A DNA stretch of 64,000 nucleotides from contig CAYNGY010000001.1 in the NCBI GenBank assembly GCA_964397195.1, positions 6,586 to 70,585 on the forward strand, in the 5' to 3' direction. Under the pieces are notes generated by a model. It searched no databases and was not told where the DNA came from. It was given only the letters and a program-made list of their open reading frames with translations. Made by a program: the position numbers and the translations under genes. Below, piece after piece: positions 58,157-64,000 of this stretch (position 1 is its first letter; every line of letters starts with the position of its first letter). The stretch is from an uncultured Gammaproteobacteria bacterium (GTDB taxonomy: Bacteria > Patescibacteriota > Patescibacteriia > SBBC01 > CAIJZX01).

Positions 58157-58885
58157 TTATTCGAACGACCGATCCCGGCCGACAATCACGTGGAGCTTCT
58201 GGTGTAAGACCGTAATAGTGACCGGTGGGTTGACCATCACCTGTCCATCAAGGACGATCGGCGTCTCGCCTTCGACGCGTTCAATCTTTGCCGTGGTGAT
58301 CGGGAAGACGCTCGGCGCGTCATGACCGCGATGCAGCCAACTGCCGCCCGCCGGTCGGATGGTCAGTTCGAGTTTCCCGTCATCTGGACGTGAGCCCGGA
58401 CCAAGATTGACGATGGTCACTTCAGATTCCGGGTCGGTGGACTCGACGGTGTAAGCGTGTTCACAATTGACCCGCAAACCAACGGGAAGTTTTGCGTGGA
58501 GGAGAAAATGCATCCCTCCGGCCGACCCCAAATCAATCCGACGCATAATTCGCCGTGACAACATATCACAGGCCGCGACGCCATCTGGGATGCCCAAGGC
58601 GTGAGCGACGAGTTGCTGGGGGCCGACCGGAACTATGCCAAGTGCGGCATCGGCCTCGAGGACGAGCGGGAGAATTTTGGCAATCGTTTGGTCATTCCCA
58701 ATCGCGACAATCGTGTCGGCGCCGCGCTTCAGCATCGTCCGCACGGATTCTTGCAAATTTTTTAGGATGGTAATCTTTTCCGTCCGACCCTGAATGCCGA
58801 GTGTCGCTAAACGTGTCTCGATTCGGATCGACTCCGTTCGATACTTTTGATCTTGAACGAAGCTGTCAAAGACGTACGCGTACAT
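58157..58885 (-). CDS. diacylglycerol-kinase-family protein (degenerate)
   Basis: IVAIGNDQT (GGDGT-like), LGIVP.G, A.ALGI, IDLG, DDG.LE, DG. Confidence 0.7.
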   Translation of the reverse strand: MYAYVFDSFVQDQKYRTESIRIETRLATLGIQGRTEKITILKNLQESVRTMLKRGADTIVAIGNDQTIAKILPLVLEADAALGIVPVGPQQLVAHALGIPDGVAACDMLSRRIMRRIDLGSAGGMHFLLHAKLPVGLRVNCEHAYTVESTDPESEVTIVNLGPGSRPDDGKLELTIRPAGGSWLHRGHDAPSVFPITTAKIERVEGETPIVLDGQVMVNPPVTITVLHQKLHVIVGRDRSFE

Positions 58886-59286
58886 TAGCCGCGTCCATTC
58901 TTCTCCTTCCCGTTGGCTTCGGGTTGGGCCTCGTGACCGCTCATCGTAACTTTGCCGTGCAAGACGGCGCCGTGGGCGACGGCGATGGCTTGCGTTTCAA
59001 CGTTGCCAAAAATCTTTGCGGTTGGGAGGAGTTCAATCTTGCCGCCGCATTTTACCTGACCCCGGATTTCGCCGCCGACGATAATATTCGCCGCTTCAAC
59101 ATCCGCCTTGATAATCGCGCGCGTGCCAATCCGCAGATTCTTATTGGTCTTGAGTGTCCCCGCGACGTGTCCATCAACGACAATATCACCAGCGCCGACA
59201 AAGGTACCCTCAACTTTTACGCTCGAGCCGATGATGGTCTCGATATCTTTCGTTGACGTTTCATTTTCTCGTTGGAACATAGCCAT
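58885..59286 (-). CDS. bactofilin (polymer-forming cytoskeletal protein)
   Basis: TIIG....EG......I.VDG...G, I.G.I.G.V, I.G.V.......GA...G. Confidence 0.92.
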   Translation of the reverse strand: MAMFQRENETSTKDIETIIGSSVKVEGTFVGAGDIVVDGHVAGTLKTNKNLRIGTRAIIKADVEAANIIVGGEIRGQVKCGGKIELLPTAKIFGNVETQAIAVAHGAVLHGKVTMSGHEAQPEANGKEKNGRG

Positions 59287-59382
59287 ATGTATTCGTTAGT
59301 ACGCCCCCATCCTACCGTAAAAAAGCCGGCCATGTCAAAGGAGATCTTGACGTTCGTCGTAAAATCACGTACCCATAGTTCT

Positions 59383-59739
59383 ATGGGACTTTCATTCCAA
59401 CGCCGTCGCGAAACGTTTGTCTGTGTGCACTGCCAAGAAACCGTCATCGGTGATGGGTACACGAACCACTGCCCACGCTGCCTATGGAGTCTTCACGTTG
59501 ACCAGCAACCCGGTGATCGGGCCGAAGCGTGCGGTGGACCGATGGAACCAATCAAGGTTGAGCTACGACATGATGAGTTCGTCATCACCCATCGCTGTCA
59601 GGTCTGTCATCACGAAAAGCGCAATCGCGCCGCCCGCGACGACAATCGTGAGGAAATGATTCGTATCACCGCGGACGTGGCCCGTCGATTTATGAACCGC
59701 ACCGTCGGGCCGTCAGCTCCTAATCAGCCCCAACAGTAA
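59383..59739 (+). CDS. RNHCP-domain protein
   Basis: F.C.HC, TNHCP.CLWSLHVD..PGDR...CGG.M.P, HRC..C. Confidence 0.92.
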   Translation: MGLSFQRRRETFVCVHCQETVIGDGYTNHCPRCLWSLHVDQQPGDRAEACGGPMEPIKVELRHDEFVITHRCQVCHHEKRNRAARDDNREEMIRITADVARRFMNRTVGPSAPNQPQQ

Positions 59740-59744
59740 CAGCC

Positions 59745-62700
59745 TTACGGGGCCGGAATTTTCAGAACCCAACCCGGTTGAATGAGTGATGGGTTTGTGG
59801 CCAGCGACGGGTGGGCGCCGATGTTTGCATTCACAAGTCGCTGATACGTGACACCGTTGCCGAGGAACTGATGGGCGATGCTCCAAAGCGAATCGCCGGA
59901 CTTTACCGTGTAGGTTCCACCCTTTGAACTCGTGATTGCCGCCGTACTCGATCGAACGGTAATTTTGTAGGAGGCTGAGAAATCACTGCGAACGCCGTCG
60001 GCATTGGTCGATCGTGTCTTGATGATATGGGTGCCTGGCGATAACTTCTGACGAGCAACCTTCAATACGTACGAGACGATGTCATTCGGCTGGCCACTCA
60101 CCTTCGTGACGCTGACCGATTTTCCGTCCACGTAGACTCGAACCACCTGACCACCGTGCGCAATTCCTGCCACAATGAGCGGCTCGGTGCCGGTGGTTGG
60201 TAAGATCAGTTGCTGGATGACCGGCGTCGCCGTCCGCGCAGTCGCTGTTGGTTCGGGTGTTGGCACTTCAACGCTCGTTTGGAAGGTCGCGTCGGCGTCA
60301 TGGTCGGTCGTCGAGCCGACGGAGATGACTTCGTAGTGGTACGTCTGTCCGGCAGTGAGGCCGGTTAGGGTCATGGTGTGCGTTGTCACCAGGCTCAAAT
60401 CAAGCGCCTCAAGACCGTAATCTGTGGTCAGGCCGTAGCGGACCTTTGAAGTCGCCGGTTCGTTCGTCGTCCAGCTGACGACAACTGAGGTTGGACTGAT
60501 ACCACTCACCAACACATTCGAGATATACGTTCGGGCTCCCGACGCGGTCGTAAAGGCCAGGTCAGCAGAGGCGACCGCGTTCCCGGCTTGGTCGGCGCTC
60601 AACGCTTGGGCGTGGAACGACGTGTCGTTGGCGAGGCCACTAATGGTCACGGAGTGTGATGTGCTCAACGTCGCGTCGAGCGTCGTCAACGTGCCGTATC
60701 CGCTGGTCAGGCCGTAGGCAATTTGGGTGGTAGCCGGTTCCGTGGTGGTCCACGTCAGGGTTGCCGTGCTATCGGTGGGGGCGGCCACGAAACTATTCAC
60801 GGTCGGCGCCAGCGTATCTTTCAAAACCGTGAATGCATCACCAAGTTCGTTGGTTAGTCCATCAAGTGCGTGCACTCGAACGGAAACGTAGGCGGTACCT
60901 TCGGGTAGTGAAGAAAAATCAATTGTCCATGGCGTCGCATACGATGCGACAGCCCCGGAGAAAATCGTGGTCCAGTTTTTTACCAGCGTGCCGGTCTGAT
61001 TTGCCCCGGCGTAGATCGCGTATTCAGCCAGATCAATATTCGGGCCGCTGGCTGATTTTGAAAAACTGACCGTGTAGGTGGTGCCGGCGACATTGCGCGG
61101 TGTCGTATCTCCGCTTTGGGTATCGGTGATCACCGGGACGTCCGTATTCACGGTCACACCGTTGGCGGTTCGCACGCCGCCCGCATTCCCGGCGGTATCG
61201 ACCGCGCGAACGGACACGAAGTACTGCACGCCGCTGGTCAGAGAGAGGCCGGTGGCCGTGACTGATGTACTTGTCCCGGCCGAAGTCCAGCCACGAGTTT
61301 GCACACCGCCGCTTGTCGTCCCAATTGCGTATTCGTATCGCCCGAGCCCGGAGAGTACATCGGTCGCCGCGGACCAGTGCGCGCTCATAGCGGTCGTGCT
61401 CGACTGATAGTCGAGGTCGGAGCCGAGGCCGTCAGTGACTGACGCCGGCGTGGTCGGTGCCGTCCCATCATATTGGTACGGGCCGTAATCAACGACGCCG
61501 CCGCTAAGTGTTCCCCCGATATCGTATGAGGCGGTGTGGAGATACCAGTCGCCGTCCACGGTGGCGGTTTGGATGAACGGTGTTTCACCGAGGCTCGGTG
61601 TGTCGGTGCCCGGAAACGTATAGGTCAGGTTCTGATCCCAGACGCGAACGGTGATCCCGGCCGCAGTCTGATCGTTGAAGGTAAACGTCGACGTGTTGTA
61701 CCACGTTGAGGTGGTTTGGTCGGATATGATGTTTGGTGGGAGCGCCTGCGTATACACGCTCTTTAATGCGGTGTATGACGTTTCAATTCCGTCGCCGTTA
61801 CGTGCTTTGACCTGTATCCGATGGATCGTGCTTGGGGTCAGGCCAGTTCGGGTCCAGGTATTTGTCGTCACCCATCCGGAGTTGACGCCATTTGTGGTGT
61901 CATTAAAGAAGAGTGCCGCTTGGCCGGTACCGAGGTTCGAAATGGTGCCGCCGGCGTGGACCGTAAAGGATGTGGTGGTGACACTATCTTGCGTCACGTT
62001 CGTCGGCGTCTGAATAGCCGTATACGAACTCGCGCTCGAGCCGTCGGTATTGCCATTCGCGTCAGTCACGTTCGGGTGACGGGTGTATTGGGTGTTGGCG
62101 GTCAAACCCGTTTCCGTACAGGACTGTGATCCGGCGGCCAGGTTCGTACAACCGGTCACGTTACTATGGCTGGCATTATGAACGTCATACCGAGTTTCGG
62201 CCGTGGCATTGTCCGTCCAGGTCCACGTAATCGAGGTGGTCGTAATTGTACTATGACTTGTCGCGGTCGGTGCTTGTGGCGGGAGCGTGTAGTTAATGAC
62301 CAACTGCGGTTTATTTGCCGCGGCATCAACCGACGCATACGCCCCCGCCCGGTTCGCAATACTTCCAAAAATGCCGAAACTTATTTTTTGCGTCGTCGTC
62401 AATCGCGCTTGCACGTCGGCGTTCGCCAGCGCGCCGAGGGTGTAGCTCTTCGATCCGGTGGTTCCCCACGATTGGCCGCTAACGTACTCACGACTTGAAC
62501 CGGCGACATCATTGTACACATCAGCACAGGCCAGACTCGAGGTGTCATCCGTCACCCCGCGTACAACCGAAATACTTCCGGAGGTGGTTGTCGAAACGTT
62601 GACGGTCAGCTGAACACTGGTAATGGTGGCGTTAGTCGGAATGGACGCCAAACTAAATTGCATCTCACTGGCATTATTGGTGTCCGTGTATCCACCAAGT

Positions 62701-63275
62701 GAGCAATCAGCAAAGTTGTGAAACTGGCCGCTCGCCTTGAGTATCGTCGAGGATGCGCTCTCGCAAGAGTATTCAGTTAACTCCGCTATACATCCCCCGC
62801 CACCGTCATCGATGTAGGTTGATGTGTTGTTCCCGGTAATGTCGTACGTCGGGTTGAGGGTGACGCTTGATGAATACGCGTCGGCTCGTTGCGGGCGTCC
62901 GGCGATAAAGATTCCGTAGCCGAGCGTAAAGAATTGAATGGAAATAGCGAGGACGGTCAGCATGACCATGCTGACGGAAAGTTTCATCCGTTGTAAATAT
63001 CCGTTGTACGATTCGAGATACTGACCATGTTCGTCCCGCGCGCTCAATTCGCTAAACGCAAACATCGGCGCTTTACGAAAGTGAGATGGAATTTCGAGCA
63101 GGACTAAAAACAAGACGACCAAAAACCGCGCGAACTGGGCGATCGTGAAGAAGACGATATGCAGGAAGCGAGAATCAAAAACACCCTGCGGATTGTGCAA
63201 CCACTCCGCAAAGAGTGCTACCCTTTGTCGTAACCGGACGAGCCGGACATGCATAATATTTGTTTTTCTTTTCAC
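59745..63275 (-). CDS. large surface protein with fibronectin-III/Ig repeats and C-terminal LysM
   Basis: N-terminal TMs, Thr/Ser-rich FN3 repeats (WTT.EPAT....YG.T..YG), YTVKSGDSLW.IA...LI.PG..L.IP. Confidence 0.85.
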   Translation of the reverse strand: MKRKTNIMHVRLVRLRQRVALFAEWLHNPQGVFDSRFLHIVFFTIAQFARFLVVLFLVLLEIPSHFRKAPMFAFSELSARDEHGQYLESYNGYLQRMKLSVSMVMLTVLAISIQFFTLGYGIFIAGRPQRADAYSSSVTLNPTYDITGNNTSTYIDDGGGGCIAELTEYSCESASSTILKASGQFHNFADCSLGGYTDTNNASEMQFSLASIPTNATITSVQLTVNVSTTTSGSISVVRGVTDDTSSLACADVYNDVAGSSREYVSGQSWGTTGSKSYTLGALANADVQARLTTTQKISFGIFGSIANRAGAYASVDAAANKPQLVINYTLPPQAPTATSHSTITTTSITWTWTDNATAETRYDVHNASHSNVTGCTNLAAGSQSCTETGLTANTQYTRHPNVTDANGNTDGSSASSYTAIQTPTNVTQDSVTTTSFTVHAGGTISNLGTGQAALFFNDTTNGVNSGWVTTNTWTRTGLTPSTIHRIQVKARNGDGIETSYTALKSVYTQALPPNIISDQTTSTWYNTSTFTFNDQTAAGITVRVWDQNLTYTFPGTDTPSLGETPFIQTATVDGDWYLHTASYDIGGTLSGGVVDYGPYQYDGTAPTTPASVTDGLGSDLDYQSSTTAMSAHWSAATDVLSGLGRYEYAIGTTSGGVQTRGWTSAGTSTSVTATGLSLTSGVQYFVSVRAVDTAGNAGGVRTANGVTVNTDVPVITDTQSGDTTPRNVAGTTYTVSFSKSASGPNIDLAEYAIYAGANQTGTLVKNWTTIFSGAVASYATPWTIDFSSLPEGTAYVSVRVHALDGLTNELGDAFTVLKDTLAPTVNSFVAAPTDSTATLTWTTTEPATTQIAYGLTSGYGTLTTLDATLSTSHSVTISGLANDTSFHAQALSADQAGNAVASADLAFTTASGARTYISNVLVSGISPTSVVVSWTTNEPATSKVRYGLTTDYGLEALDLSLVTTHTMTLTGLTAGQTYHYEVISVGSTTDHDADATFQTSVEVPTPEPTATARTATPVIQQLILPTTGTEPLIVAGIAHGGQVVRVYVDGKSVSVTKVSGQPNDIVSYVLKVARQKLSPGTHIIKTRSTNADGVRSDFSASYKITVRSSTAAITSSKGGTYTVKSGDSLWSIAHQFLGNGVTYQRLVNANIGAHPSLATNPSLIQPGWVLKIPAP

Positions 63276-63357
63276 CTATACTATAGCAAAAAAAGGGGCT
63301 TTCGTCAATGTCTTCTGTTGTCATTTTGTTGAGTCTTGTGTACCATGTTGTAGCCCT

Positions 63358-63507
63358 ATGCAAGACGAGCACACAAATCGAGACATTCTGACACTCGTGG
63401 TCATTATGGTTGTGTTTGTGTCGATCATTGCCGCTCTGAAAGTCGTTGATGATAAAACTGGAATCATCAAGGACATAGGGACAAGAATCGTATCTAGGTA
63501 CATATAG
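63358..63507 (+). CDS. small single-TM protein
   Basis: 49 aa, TM ILTLVVIMVVFVSIIAAL. Confidence 0.5.
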   Translation: MQDEHTNRDILTLVVIMVVFVSIIAALKVVDDKTGIIKDIGTRIVSRYI

Positions 63508-63522
63508 TATTTAGCGACTCTT

Positions 63523-63597
63523 GCCCCCGTAGCTCAACGGATAGAGCGGTCCCGTCCTAAGGGAATGATAGAGGTTCAATTCCTTTCGGGGGCACCA
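63523..63597 (+). tRNA. tRNA-Arg (CCT)
   Basis: cloverleaf GCCCCCG/CGGGGGC, loop GT-CCT-AA, CCA end. Confidence 0.92.
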
Positions 63598-63598
63598 A

Positions 63599-63674
63599 GG
63601 GCCCTTAGCTCATTTGGTAGAGCGCTTCCATGGCATGGAAGAGGTAAGGAGTTCGATTCTCCTAGGGTCCACCA
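63599..63674 (+). tRNA. tRNA-Ala (GGC)
   Basis: G3.U70, loop AT-GGC-AT, CCA end. Confidence 0.95.
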
Positions 63675-63691
63675 GACCTAGATTAGCAAGA

Positions 63692-63809
63692 TGTTCCTCG
63701 AGGAACATCTGAATAAAGGAAATGTTCCGCGAGGAACAATTGAAAATACACGAAGAACATATGTTCCTCGGGGAACATATGTAAATTGTCGAATGTTCCG
63801 CGAGGAACA
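63692..63809. repeat. four 16 bp parS-like palindromes
   Basis: TGTTCC(T/G)CG(A/G)GGAACA at 63692, 63723, 63762, 63794. Confidence 0.85.
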
Positions 63810-63816
63810 TTGGCTT

Positions 63817-63892
63817 GGGCCTGTAGCTCATTTGGTAGAGCGCTGCATTCGCATTGCAGAGGTAAGGGGTTCGATTCCCCTCAGGTCCACCA
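63817..63892 (+). tRNA. tRNA-Ala (CGC)
   Basis: G3.U70, loop TT-CGC-AT, CCA end. Confidence 0.95.
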
Positions 63893-64000
63893 ATTGGAAG
63901 TGTCGTAAAGTGTTAGATATCGAGAGTTACTGATTTTCGGGGTTTTTGGTATTTGAAAAGAGGGGTCATTGCTGACCCCCGGGGGTTTTCGGCGGGGCGA

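Noticed and set aside
63692-63809. Mini-CRISPR array
   Set aside because: Repeats are only 16 bp with 15-23 bp spacers; the parS-like palindrome explains them better.

Overview
A 64 kb stretch of a bacterial chromosome (genetic code 11). Gene content and style suggest a Patescibacteria/CPR organism (inference from the short SMC, tRNA-Ile(UAU), a GIY-YIG gene behind a tRNA, bactofilin/RNHCP/DUF3048 genes, large Cys-rich surface proteins and almost no biosynthetic genes). The backbone is housekeeping: smc, rnc, nusB, rpmF, msrA, rmlD, gyrA, rpsA, ftsH, an RluA-family synthase, rplS, hup, ymdB, rny, clpP, nrnA, rbfA, infB and 10 tRNAs. It is interrupted by self-contained single-gene islets. The most striking element is at 25.67-28.2 kb on the minus strand: a stand-alone retron-like reverse transcriptase (YLDD) preceded by a tandem array of three apparent ncRNA genes (~400, ~525, ~285 nt). 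Each has its own -35/17 bp/-10 promoter and intrinsic terminator, and all share an end-to-end paired scaffold around unrelated, hairpin-rich internal sequences; no effector gene is adjacent. Other notable items: a further structured plus-strand RNA at 31.7-32.0 kb, a leaderless uORF/terminator attenuator before a GNAT gene, a CsoR-like box in a tRNA-Ile(UAU) promoter, a tRNA-Ala pseudo-copy with a T-loop insertion, four variant parS-like palindromes, and an orphan DNA-hypermodification-family gene. All calls were made by eye; no searches or folding programs were run.
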